Shown in pieces: positions 53,010-64,000 of a stretch of DNA of 64,000 nt. The DNA is from Anaeramoeba ignava BMAN. Lineage: Eukaryota; Protista; Anaeramoebae. Below the pieces are notes generated by a model. That model was not told the DNA's origin, did not search any database, and worked only from the letters and a program-made list of their open reading frames with translations. The DNA is taken from contig JAPDFW010000079.1 in the NCBI GenBank assembly GCA_028826165.1, forward strand, positions 62,001 to 126,000, in the 5' to 3' direction. Position 1 is the first letter of the stretch. Each line of letters begins with the position of its first letter. Made by a program: the position numbers and the translations under genes.

Positions 53010-56000
53010 ATGAGTAAAAATGAAAATTGATTCACAAAAAAAAATAAAAATCAAAAAATTGCAAGAACAAATTATCCAAATAAAAATCAAATAAGAATTT
53101 AATGCAAAATCATTAAAAAAAATCAAAATCAAAATCAAATCAAAATCAAAATCAAAATCAAAATCAAAAATCAAAAAGAAAAATCAAATCAAAATCAAAA
53201 ATGAAAAAAATTCAAAATCAAAAAAAAAATTCAAAATCAAAAAATCAAAATCAAAATCAAAATCAAATAAAAATCAAATCAAAATCATTTTAAAAATCGT
53301 TAAAAAAATCAAAAATCAAAAAGAAATCAAAATCAAAATCAAAATCAAAAAAAAATCAAATCAAAATCAAAATTTAATTTAAATCAAAATCAAAATCAAA
53401 ATCAAATCAAAATCAAAATATAAATCAAATTCAAAATCAAAATCAAAATCAAAATCAAAATCAAATCCAAATATCAAAATTATATCAATTTCCTCCTCAA
53501 GAACTTAATAAATTTTTAATTTGTGAACTTCTTTCAAATTATAAAAAAATGTTTCAAAATGAAGAAAATTGTGATTTTATAATTTATGCTGGAAAAACAA
53601 TCAAAAATTCCTTGTCATAAATCAATACTTAATTCAAGATCAAAATTTTTTTATGAAAATCATCATGAAAAATCAGAAATTGAAGAATTATATCTTCCAC
53701 AATTTGAGTATGATATTGTTAAGTCAATCATTTCATTTCTTTATGATTCAGAATTTAAATTTGATTTAAACAAATTTGAAAAATATTTTCAACTTTCAAA
53801 ATATTTTAAATTAACAAGTTTAACAATCAAAATTGAAAAAGAAGTTTCAGAACAAATTAATAAAAAAAATGTTATTCCAATTTATTTCAAAAAGTATTTC
53901 TATTGAATCAAATTATCTTTCCAATATTTGTGAAAATTTTATTAAAGAAAATATTAATAAAATTATTGAAGAAAAACAAATTGGATCAATTAATAATAAA
54001 GAATTAACAGAAATTATTCAAATTATTCAATCAACACCAAAAGAAAACAGAATAAATTTAATTTGGAAATTAGCTCAAGATTGGAAAAATAAATTCAAAC
54101 AAAGCAATAAAAATTTAATAAATAAAGAAAAATATATTGATCCAATTCAAATTCAAGAAATCAATAATGAAATTCAAGATTTTCATTTAATTATTGATAA
54201 TATTAAAAATGAAGGATTTATTTCAAATTATTCAAGAATTCAAAATAATCCAATTTTACCTTCAACTGATCAACTTCAATTAATTAATCAAAAAAATGAA
54301 GAATTAAATCAAGAAAACAAAAAACTTAAAAAAAAAAATAAAAGACAAGACAAAATAATTCAACAAAAAGATCAAGAAATTAATCAACTTAAACAATCTA
54401 TTCAACAAAAAGATAAAGAAATTAATCAATTTAAACAAACTATTCAACAAAAAGAAAACAAAATTCAAAAACAAAAAAATAAGATCAAAGAAATCAAACC
54501 AGAATTAGAAATTTTTGAATCAGAAATAAAGGTTCACAAAACCTTAGAAGATTTTATAAATCAAATTTCAAATTTAAATGAAAGTAAATTGTTTTAAATT
54601 TTAAATTATTAAAAAATTATTTTGAAATTTAAATTCAAATTTAAAAACAAAATTAAAAAAGATTCTATTGAAGAAACAATAAAATATATGAAACAATGCC
54701 CAAATAATCAAAAAATTCAAGAAAATGGATGTTTTATTTTACAAAAATTTGCCAACGAAAATGAAGGTAAAAATTTTATATCTTTTTATTATTTTCCAAA
54801 ATTAAAATTTAAATTTAAATGAAAATTACTTTTTTTTGCTTTAATTTTTAATTCTAAAAAAAATTCAAAATCAATATTAAAACTCAATACTTAAAGATAA
54901 TCGAAATAAACTCAGAAATTTAAAAGGAATAAAACGTGTTATTAAAGCAATGAATAATTTCCGAAATAATCAAGATATTCAATATAAAGGATGTTCTGCT
55001 TTATTGGATATTACTACTACATAATAATGGTAAATAAAAATAAAATAATAATAAAAATTAAAAAATTCCAAAATAAAAATAAAATCAAAAATACAAAAAA
55101 TAATTACAAAAATAAATCAAAATTAAATAAATTTACAAAATAATAAATAAATAATTATTAATTATTAATTAAAATCAAAAAAAAATTAATCAATTTCAAA
55201 TTTATTTTCAAAAATAAAAATAATAAAATAGAAAACAAAATTGAAATAAGAAATTTAAAAGGAATTGAACCTATTATTAAAGCAATGAATAATTTCCCAA
55301 ATAATCAAGATATTCAATATAAAGGATGTGGAGCTTTATGGAATATTGGTGTTAATAATGGTAAATAAAAATTAAAAATAAAAAAAATTATTTATTTTCC
55401 ATTTTTTTTTTGAAATTTCAAAATTAAAAATTAAATCAAAAAATACCAAAAATAATTACAAAAAATAAATCAAAATTAAATAAATTTACAAAATAATAAA
55501 TAAATAAATATTAATTATTAATTAAAATCCAAAAAAAAAATTAATCAATTTTAAATTTATTTCAAAAAAAAAAAAATAAAAAATAGAAAACAGAATTGAA
55601 ATAAGAAATTTAAAAGGAATTGAACCTATTATTAAAGCAATGAATAATTTCCCAAATAATCAAGTTATTCAAGATAAAGGATGTGGAGCTTTAGGGGCTA
55701 TTGCTCATAATAAAGGTAAATAAAAAATAAAAAATAAAAATAAATCCAAAAATTAAAAATATTTATTTTCCATTTTTTTTTTGAAATTCAAAATTAAAAA
55801 TTAAATCAAAAAATACCAAAAATAATTACAAAAAATAAATCAAAATTAAATAAATTTACAAAATAATAAATAAATAATTATTAATTATTAATTAAAATCC
55901 AAAAAAAAAATTAATCAATTTCAAATTTATTTTCAAAAATAAAAATAATAAAATAGAAAACCAAATTGAAATAAGAAATTTAAAAGGAATTGAACCTATT

Positions 56001-56441
56001 ATTAAAGCAATGAATAATTTCCCAAATAATCAAGATATTCAATATTATGGATGTGGAGCTTTAGGGGTTATTGCTTATAATAATAATGGTAAATTAAAAA
56101 TTAAAATTAAAAATATTTATTTTCCATTTTTTTTTTTGAAATTCAAAATTAAAAATTAAATCAAAAAATACCAAAAAATAATTACAAAAAATAAATCAAA
56201 ATTAAATAAATTTACAAAATAATAAATAAATAATTATTAATTATTAATTGAAATCCAAAAAAAAAATTAATCAATTTCAAATTTATTTTCAAAAATAAAA
56301 ATATTAAAAATAGAAAACCAAATTGAAATAAGAAATTTAAAAGGAATTGAATCTATTATTAAAGCAATGAATAATTTCCCAAATAATCAAAAAATTCAAT
56401 ATAAAGGAAAACGGGCTTTAGAAAATTTACAAAAAAATTGA
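53010..56441 (+). CDS. BTB-coiled coil-armadillo repeat protein, copy 2 (frameshifted in this sequence); later exons 54662-54766, 54897-55029, 55232-55360, 55587-55715, 55957-56088, 56314-56441
   Basis: Near-identical to copy 1 in the BTB/coiled-coil exon, with one extra 42-nt coiled-coil unit and three internal ARM exons rather than five. Indels lie mostly in homopolymers, so it is either a pseudogene or assembly error. Confidence 0.75.
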
Positions 56442-56547
56442 ATTACTTTTTCCTTAATTTCTTTTTCAATTTTTTATTTTCTTTTTCAAAAATCAATTTC
56501 AATAAAAACAAAATTCAAATTATTTTTATATTTTAGATTTTATTTTG

Positions 56548-57625
56548 AATCAATCAATCAATCAATCAATCAAATCAATCAATCATAATAAATAAATCAA
56601 TTAAAATCAAAAATTAATCAATCAACTAATCAATCAAAAAAAAATCAAAATAAAAATCAAAAAATTAAAAAATAAAATTAAAAATTAAAAAATAATTTAT
56701 TAAATCCAATGAAATTCAAAATTAAAAATTCAATCAAAAATACCAAAATCATTTACAAAAATAAATCAAAATTAAATCAATTTACAAAATAATCAATTAA
56801 TTTTACTTTTAATATTAATTAAAATCCAAAAATTAATCAATTTCAAATAAAATTTTAAAAATAAAAATAATAAAAATTTTTTGAAATAAGAAATTTAAAA
56901 AGGACAAACCTATTATTAAAAGCAATGAATAATTCCAATAATCAAAAATTCAAATAAAAGGAAAACGGGCTTTTAGAAATACAAAAATAAATTAATTAAT
57001 TTCATTTTTGATTTTTGATTTTTACCAATCCAAGACATTAAAAAAAACAAATTAAATTATTTTTAAATTTGATTTTATTTTGAATTAATCAATCAATCAA
57101 ATCAATCAATCAATCAATTAATAATCAATCAACCAATCAATCAATAATCAAAAAATAAATCAACCAATCAAAAATTAATTAAAATCAATACTAATTAATT
57201 AACCAATAAATCAATAAATAAAATACAAATTAATCAATTGATAAATTAATAAAACCACCAACCAAATCAAAAAATTAATTTCAATTTACCAATATTCATA
57301 AATACCAATACCACCAAATTAATCAATTTAATAATTACAATAATTACCAATTACTAATCAATCAATACAAATAATTACCAATCACCAATAAACCAATCAA
57401 TCAATAATTACCACCACCACCATCAACCAATCAATCAATAATCAACCACCAATCAATTAATCAATTTAATCAATTAATCAATTGTCAAATAATAAAATCA
57501 ACCATTTAATTACCAAATCAATAAAATCAATCAAAATCAAAAAATTAATAAAAATCAATTAATCAAAATCAATCTTAAAAATCAAAATCAATTAATCAAT
57601 CAATCAATCAATCAATTAATCAATT
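56548..57625. repeat. Degenerate (AATC)n region containing a garbled third copy of the terminal ARM intron/exon (~56650-57085)
   Basis: GAAATAAGAAATTTAAAAAGG...AAAGCAATGAATAAT...GGAAAACGGGC is recognisable but has many indels. Confidence 0.6.
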
Positions 57626-57698
57626 AATTAAAATATTAAATTAAAAATGAAAAGTTTTTCTCATTTGTTCTTTTATTTAAATTTTATTTAAATTTTAT

Positions 57699-60600
57699 TT
57701 AAATTTTCTTTTGATTTTCTTGATTTTCTTGATTGCTTAAAATCTTAATAATTCGTTCAACTTGCTCAATCAATTCTTGATTCTTTTCTTTACTCACTTC
57801 TTCATTCAAGAAAATGAACAAATCTTCAACTTCTTTAAAACCAATAATCTTCAAATAAGAAACCATTCCAGAAAACTCAAAAACCTTCAAAGAACTGGAA
57901 ATAGTTGCTTCGTCTTTTGCTTCAACTCCTAATTGGATTTGAACACGTAATTGCTTGATTGCATTATTGAAAAAACTTTGCAAACGAAACTGCTCCATTT
58001 TCACAAACAATATTGAAAATATAAAATCACTAACAATAAAAACATCATCAAATTGAATAATTTTAAGATGATTCAAAATCAACCCCAAAAAATCTTGTGA
58101 TTTTCGTATCAAACTTTCTTCAATTTTGTTGTGGTCTTCTTTGCTTTGTAAAAAATTTGAGTTGATCAAAACACCTTTCAAAATGGCAATAAATTTCAAA
58201 AACAAATCCTCATCCCGATAATAAACAGTTGATTCAAGAATCTCAATAAGCATCCCAATTGCATCAAATACGTTGCGAATATCCTCCTTTTTCTCAATGG
58301 CACTTTTGCTCACAACTTCGATAAATTCTCTAAATTCCTCCAAATCAAAAAATCTTGGGACGCCTTCATCCTCGAAATTTTTCTGCACATAAGAGATGAA
58401 CCAAATGAAATCCTTGGAAATCATTGCGTATAATTTTGTCATCAACCTCAAACCAACACGAATGACCTTCCAGTTGGCGATATTCACATTGAAAAGAAGC
58501 CAGAAAACGGATCTGATCAAATTGACTTTTTTCTTCCAAACTTGGTTCAAATGCTCCATTAATTTAGCATCTTCATTTGCAGCATTGATGATGCGCAAAA
58601 TGATTTTCGAGCATATTCTGATGAGATGCGCATAATATTCCAGATCCTCAGAAAAAAGCTCATTTCCAGAAATCAGGGACACAGTCTCGATGATGAATTT
58701 GCCGAGAACATTCATAATGTTGGATTCCTTCTTCAGTGATTTTATAAACCCAGAAATATCGTTTTCTTGAGAAATAATAATTTTGACGAGATTGACAGTA
58801 TTTCTTGGTGATTTGCTGAAATAAATCACATTCTCAAGGATTAGATTCAAATATTCGATGCGGAAATTTGGATCAGATGCGAAAATATCGCACATTTGCA
58901 CAACAATGTTGGAGGCATCCCAATACACATCAGTTTCCAGAACAACATTCTTCATCACCCATTTGAATCTCGAGCTCAATTTCACAACATTGCTGAATTG
59001 CTCGGAAACGCTGCATCCATAACGGAGGATGCTGAAGAAAGAAGGAAGCATGGATTGGTTGTATTTCACACAGATCGGATCGTCTTTAAGAACAAAAGAT
59101 GTGCGTAAAAACTGGTAGCTTTTCTTCTGATCACTCACAATGAGCACGATGTTTGCCTCGTTTCCCATCATGAATGTCTCCATAAACTTGATCAGAAAGT
59201 CTTTGTTTGAGTCGTATTGCAGCTTGTATTTCTCGATGTGCAAAAATAGACTCCATAAATTTTCGAAATTATCCTTTAAATGCTGATCCATTTTCGGTGT
59301 TTTTTCATATTGCAGATTCAGAAGCTCGAAATACGTTGTCAAATGGAAGAATCCGTAGCTGAGCATTTTGCTTGTTTTTTGTTTCTGATCCTCTTCAGGC
59401 TTGATTTGCGTGTATGTGTTCTTGGTGATACTCGGGAGCATTCCCAATAAAAATCCAAATAAATCAAGAATTTTCGGCGAAACTTCTTCCGAATTGGTAC
59501 TTTCCTCAATCGGAAGAAGTGTTTGAATTAGTTTCTTTGCTTCTTCGCGGATTAGATGCTTTGGATGCTCAATAAGCCATAAATACACCCATTCTTCCTT
59601 ATGTGCAAGCATCCAATCCTGCAATTTTGTGTTGTTGAACAGCATCAACCGGAAATTGCGAATTGATTCAAGTGTTGCTTTTTTATACCCAAAATTGGAT
59701 TTGATTACTTCAAACAATTTGGGAATCGCATAATCAGTCATTTTGGCCAAATTTTCGTTTTTGCTCTCGAATAATTTCCTGAACATCTTGAAATAAACGC
59801 CAATCACATTGTATTCACTTGAATCAATTGAATGTATAATTTTGTCCAGAATTTGCTTCATTCCGTCCTCGTTTTTTTCGTATATAATATTAAGAATTGC
59901 CCCCAAAACATCAGGAGATGAATGGCTGTTAATCGAGATTTCGATGAAATTGCTTTTCTCGATCATATATATATCCATCATATTCGCATTTCTGTATGAT
60001 CCCAAATTTTTCATCAAGAGAAAAATAATGTCAAATAACCTTCCCATTTGATTTGGCAAAGAATGCGGCTTGAAATTCCTTTTTTCTGTCGTTTCTGTTT
60101 TGAGAGGGGAATCTGCACCCAAATAAAAATCAATCAATTTTGTGAGCAAATTTGTGCTCAAAACATATTTTCGAATAAGATTATTCAAACTCAAAAATTT
60201 TTTCAATATCGTCAAATACTCTTGAATATTGATTGCATTCTGCAAAAATAATGGCAAAAATTCTGTGAATTTATCAATAAACTTTGTGGCAATCAAATCA
60301 GGGCTTTCTCGTTTTCTCTTATGCCAAAGTTGAGAAACTTGATCAAAATTCAATGTGTTTTCGAATCTCATTTGGTTTTCTTCATTCGTTTTGATAGCAT
60401 GTTCCATTTCTTTTTTTTCATGACTTAATAATTTTTTGAGAGAAGAACAAATAATTTCAATTAGTTCTTGAAGAAAAGAATTATCTGTTGTGCTGTAAAT
60501 CAGCATTTGAAACCAGTTGTTTTCGTTACTAATTAATTGTTTGAGCAAATATTTATCATTCTCTTCATCTTCATTGAAACTTTTCTTGAGAAAAGTAATC

Positions 60601-63600
60601 CATGTTTTGATTTGGCCAAAATGTTGAGAATTAAGCCCAATTTGGAAAATAAAAGCAAGTGCAAATTGAGTAATTTCGTTGTTGAATTCCTTGGGAAATA
60701 TGAGACTTTCTTGTTCGTGAATAAAGTCGGAAAGAAATTGGTAGTAATTCGGATTGATTAATTTTTTCTGGTAAAAATATGCCTCATTTTCCTTCCAAAC
60801 AATATCATAAATTTTGCTTTTCTCAAATAGAAGTTGTTGTTGTTGTTTTTTTGTTAAATCGCCTCGAGAAACATCGTCTCTTTCATAAAAAAGCATGTAT
60901 GCAGAGTTTTCCTTCTCATAAAAATCAATATTTTCGATTCCATCCAAATCTGTGTTGTAAATATTCTCTCCTCCAAAACATTCCTCTCCGATTTTGTTCT
61001 CATCAAAAAGTGTGACTAAAGTATCCTCAAATTTAAGCCATCGAAGCGAGTTTTCTGAATTCAACGCTTCTCGCTCCTTTATAAGTGAATAATACTGTCC
61101 CGATACTGTTGATCCAAAATGCACAATTATTCCACAAAGATGATATCCGTATTCTTTGTTTTGCGCTTCTGCAATCATCTTCTCAAGTTTTTTCTTCTGT
61201 GACTCTTTGTCTGTGTTTTCTTTGATATTCTCGTTCCTTTCCAACTCTTCGAGTTCCCGTTTTGCAATTCCTTCTTTTGTGTATTTCTCCAAACTTATAT
61301 TCATCGGAAACTCAAAATTCGAATTTACTTTATATTTTTGTTTTGTTTCGTTATCAACCTCAAATCTTTTCAAATGAACTACTAAATTTCGTGGAAGCTT
61401 CTCAAAGTAGATTCTCTGATATGCATTGGTTTCCTTTTCGGATAATTCGTTTTCGTCAACAATAATGTCTTCCTTCACAAACAAATCAAGAGATTCCTCC
61501 AAATTTATCTGATCCAAAACTTTCAAACTAATGGAGTAAATATTCTCCTCTTTTTCAATTACTTCTCCAGTTTGAATATTGCTAATTTCTTTTCTTATTT
61601 TGCCTCCAAATAGCTCATGAACCAAACTATCTCTTCCAATTCCCTGCAAATTTTGTTCCACAATATCCAAAAAAATGTTGAAAAATTCAAGAGCATCCAT
61701 CTGAATATACGGATTCAATGCAGACCCATTAGGAAGTTTAAGAAGACTCACAAACTTCTTTGTGTTCACATATCTCAACTCTCTTTCTGTTAATCCCGCA
61801 AATATTAATTGTAGTTGATAAAGCACATTTTCTGAAATTTTTTTATTCAATTCCTCTTCCAAATCAATGGATAACAAATTCATCCTAAATTCCGGCATCA
61901 TATAAAATTGTTGTAATAAGGAATTCAGATAACAAGTTGCTCCCAAATTGCTTAATCCTAAATATCCCAGTGACGATTTCACATTCGAAACAGGATCATA
62001 ATTCCAATTGGATCTGATATTTTTGTGCAAATTTTTCAAATGGGAATATAATTTCTTGAAATTTTGAGGAGAATTTCTCACAATTTTGATCAAAAAATCA
62101 AATCCGACTCTTTGGATTGTTTCCGATTTACACATTTCCAAAAGGAATTTATCTTGTGCTTTGGAGATGGGCTTTGGCGGATTGAATAAAAGATTATTAA
62201 TAATGAGATCAATCATTTGGTACTTTTCTTCAATTTCGACTTGATATTTTTTCTTCATCAACATCACCTTCAGAATATCTAAATATCCCAATAAAGTTTC
62301 TTCAGAAACATTGATCATTTCTTTTTTTTCGGAAGCAAATATTCTCTGCAGAAAAGTTGCAATTTGATTAAAAAACTCGTCGTAATTTCTTTCAAATGAA
62401 GCATTTAAGCTCATCTGAATTAAATCAATCACAAACTGGAAAAAATGTTTGGTTAGTTTTGTTTGCAATGAATTGTCATTGTAAATATCACCAAAAACGG
62501 AAAATAATAAATCAAGGAAAAACTCTCTGATTGGATAAGGTTGTTTGTCGGTTTTTCTTTGCATTTGTTGCTTAATCATTTTCGTGTCTTTCTTGCAAAT
62601 TTGATGCAAGCCAAAATAGACATTTTCTCTGATATTTTCGCATTTTGATTCAATGAAGATTTTCTTGATCCAACTTTTTATGTTTTTCGTTTTTTTTATT
62701 GCATTAATCCATTTGTTTCGGTTTCTTCTTGAGCAACCTGCTAAAATGATGCTAATTGAATGGAAGACAATATGGTTTGCATCCAAGTTGTTTTCTTTGC
62801 TTGGATGCGAGTAATATTCAATCAAGTCCATCAAAATATTCACAAAATTTGCAATGTTGATGTTTTGGATGTATTCTTGATTTTCAATTACGATATTCTG
62901 TTTATCGATCAAAAGCTCATATATAATTCTCATCATTATCGAAACTGCTTGCAAATTTTCCATTTTGTCTGCTTCTTTTGTTTTGGCGATTTCAGGAATT
63001 GTTTCCACAAGAAATTTGATTCCGCCATTTTGAATAAATTGAATTGACCAATAGTTTGTTTTTCTCGTTTCCTGGTCTTCAATAAATTCGAGTTCAGGAA
63101 ACTCTATTCCAGAAATCTCCTGTTCATTTTGTTGCTGTTCATGCTCCTCTTCTATCCTTTTTGTATATGGATTTCGAAGCCGATCCACAACTTGGAGCTG
63201 GTAAATAAAGGTGTGTATTGATGAAGTGTTGAAAATTTGTTTCCATTCGATTTTTTCTTGTGATGAATCAAAGATCTGTTTCAAAGATTGGATAATTTTC
63301 TCGTTTGTTGGCATTCTCAAAATAATAAACCATACTTTTTGTGCAATTTCATCTCCATATTCGAGTAACTGGAAGATTTCGTCAAAGTATCGCGCAAGTA
63401 AATAACTTGGGAGATATTCTTTTTTGATCTTGGAATGCTCAGACTCAATCTCAAATTGTTCGTCAATATCAAATTCCGAGATATGGTCTGTCGAGCTTTT
63501 CTCAGATTCTTGATCTTCAAAGCCTGTGTCCATGCGAAGCTGGCTGGAGAATTTCTTGTAGCTGTCTTGCTTGATCGGGATGTCGAGAATGATATTTGGG

Positions 63601-64000
63601 TTCTGGAACAAATCAACTTCAAACAAAGTTAATGAGTTGTTTCCAGATGATATTTGTGGATGAGAGAGAATAGTGAAATCTCCAAATTTCTGTTTGATTA
63701 ATTTTGAAATGCTTTTGCGCAATGAAAAAACAGAGTCATTCCCAGTTGCTCGGAGCTTGTATTTGGTTGTCTCGTTATTCTTGATATTGATTACTATTGG
63801 CTTTGCTTGTGCTTGTGTTGAAAACATGTGTCGAGTGAAGGGAATGTATTCGGGTATGATATCAGACTCCACAGAATTGATGAAGGTTGACAACAAGATT
63901 AATATTCTGTTGATCTTTTCTTCTTGGAATGGGTTTTTGCATTTATTCAATATCTTGATGCATTTTGCGATAAATTTTCTCCGATATTCCTCTCCATAAC
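57699..64000 (-). CDS. Large USP9/24/34-like ubiquitin-specific protease, 5' end outside the window; catalytic His apparently replaced
   Basis: Uninterrupted ORF of >2083 codons with a UBL-like segment, WFIILRMPTN, GYLGLSNLGATCYLNSLLQQFYMMPEFR, QMDALEFF, HLKRF, ECFGG and SAYMLFYER. The His box reads VHFGSTVSGQYYS. Confidence 0.88.
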   Translation of the reverse strand, partial: YGEEYRRKFIAKCIKILNKCKNPFQEEKINRILILLSTFINSVESDIIPEYIPFTRHMFSTQAQAKPIVINIKNNETTKYKLRATGNDSVFSLRKSISKLIKQKFGDFTILSHPQISSGNNSLTLFEVDLFQNPNIILDIPIKQDSYKKFSSQLRMDTGFEDQESEKSSTDHISEFDIDEQFEIESEHSKIKKEYLPSYLLARYFDEIFQLLEYGDEIAQKVWFIILRMPTNEKIIQSLKQIFDSSQEKIEWKQIFNTSSIHTFIYQLQVVDRLRNPYTKRIEEEHEQQQNEQEISGIEFPELEFIEDQETRKTNYWSIQFIQNGGIKFLVETIPEIAKTKEADKMENLQAVSIMMRIIYELLIDKQNIVIENQEYIQNINIANFVNILMDLIEYYSHPSKENNLDANHIVFHSISIILAGCSRRNRNKWINAIKKTKNIKSWIKKIFIESKCENIRENVYFGLHQICKKDTKMIKQQMQRKTDKQPYPIREFFLDLLFSVFGDIYNDNSLQTKLTKHFFQFVIDLIQMSLNASFERNYDEFFNQIATFLQRIFASEKKEMINVSEETLLGYLDILKVMLMKKKYQVEIEEKYQMIDLIINNLLFNPPKPISKAQDKFLLEMCKSETIQRVGFDFLIKIVRNSPQNFKKLYSHLKNLHKNIRSNWNYDPVSNVKSSLGYLGLSNLGATCYLNSLLQQFYMMPEFRMNLLSIDLEEELNKKISENVLYQLQLIFAGLTERELRYVNTKKFVSLLKLPNGSALNPYIQMDALEFFNIFLDIVEQNLQGIGRDSLVHELFGGKIRKEISNIQTGEVIEKEENIYSISLKVLDQINLEESLDLFVKEDIIVDENELSEKETNAYQRIYFEKLPRNLVVHLKRFEVDNETKQKYKVNSNFEFPMNISLEKYTKEGIAKRELEELERNENIKENTDKESQKKKLEKMIAEAQNKEYGYHLCGIIVHFGSTVSGQYYSLIKEREALNSENSLRWLKFEDTLVTLFDENKIGEECFGGENIYNTDLDGIENIDFYEKENSAYMLFYERDDVSRGDLTKKQQQQLLFEKSKIYDIVWKENEAYFYQKKLINPNYYQFLSDFIHEQESLIFPKEFNNEITQFALAFIFQIGLNSQHFGQIKTWITFLKKSFNEDEENDKYLLKQLISNENNWFQMLIYSTTDNSFLQELIEIICSSLKKLLSHEKKEMEHAIKTNEENQMRFENTLNFDQVSQLWHKRKRESPDLIATKFIDKFTEFLPLFLQNAINIQEYLTILKKFLSLNNLIRKYVLSTNLLTKLIDFYLGADSPLKTETTEKRNFKPHSLPNQMGRLFDIIFLLMKNLGSYRNANMMDIYMIEKSNFIEISINSHSSPDVLGAILNIIYEKNEDGMKQILDKIIHSIDSSEYNVIGVYFKMFRKLFESKNENLAKMTDYAIPKLFEVIKSNFGYKKATLESIRNFRLMLFNNTKLQDWMLAHKEEWVYLWLIEHPKHLIREEAKKLIQTLLPIEESTNSEEVSPKILDLFGFLLGMLPSITKNTYTQIKPEEDQKQKTSKMLSYGFFHLTTYFELLNLQYEKTPKMDQHLKDNFENLWSLFLHIEKYKLQYDSNKDFLIKFMETFMMGNEANIVLIVSDQKKSYQFLRTSFVLKDDPICVKYNQSMLPSFFSILRYGCSVSEQFSNVVKLSSRFKWVMKNVVLETDVYWDASNIVVQMCDIFASDPNFRIEYLNLILENVIYFSKSPRNTVNLVKIIISQENDISGFIKSLKKESNIMNVLGKFIIETVSLISGNELFSEDLEYYAHLIRICSKIILRIINAANEDAKLMEHLNQVWKKKVNLIRSVFWLLFNVNIANWKVIRVGLRLMTKLYAMISKDFIWFISYVQKNFEDEGVPRFFDLEEFREFIEVVSKSAIEKKEDIRNVFDAIGMLIEILESTVYYRDEDLFLKFIAILKGVLINSNFLQSKEDHNKIEESLIRKSQDFLGLILNHLKIIQFDDVFIVSDFIFSILFVKMEQFRLQSFFNNAIKQLRVQIQLGVEAKDEATISSSLKVFEFSGMVSYLKIIGFKEVEDLFIFLNEEVSKEKNQELIEQVERIIKILSNQENQENQKKI

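Noticed and set aside
56650-57085. Third terminal ARM exon as an alternative last exon
   Set aside because: It is riddled with indels, has no intact acceptor and sits in noisy sequence. It is probably low-quality consensus or a decayed copy.
58396-63999. Plus-strand short ORFs opposite the large USP gene
   Set aside because: These are antisense shadows of a GC-richer coding region with no recognisable motifs.

Overview
This is gene-dense, extremely AT-rich eukaryotic nuclear DNA with GT-AG spliceosomal introns, the standard genetic code and abundant (AAAATC)n/poly-NQ tracts. The style recalls anaerobic protists such as Anaeramoeba (Metamonada), but that is inference only. About 16 protein genes can be reconstructed by hand: RBM26/27-like, an F-box + TMEM185-like membrane protein, RPS24, a USP4/11/15-like DUB, HPS3-like, PCF11-like, COG7-like, two PIN/AEC-like transporters, OSTC, a secreted beta-propeller surface protein (plus a truncated copy), a NAK kinase fused to an ANTH domain, a SMAP-type ArfGAP, two BTB-coiled coil-ARM genes, and a USP9/24/34-like protein lacking its catalytic His. 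The most striking feature is the BTB-ARM pair. Each armadillo repeat is a separate phase-1/phase-1 exon of 129-132 nt in a tandem exon+intron array, the cassette number differs between paralogs (5 vs 3 internal), and substitutions cluster on the predicted ligand-binding helix. This suggests a modular, diversifying receptor coupled to a Cullin-3 adaptor. Also notable: tandem TCATTT Initiator-like motifs just before start codons, ~143-bp arrays in divergent intergenic regions, nearly G-free repeat-filled introns and a 10-nt microexon. Many single-base frameshifts are probably assembly errors.
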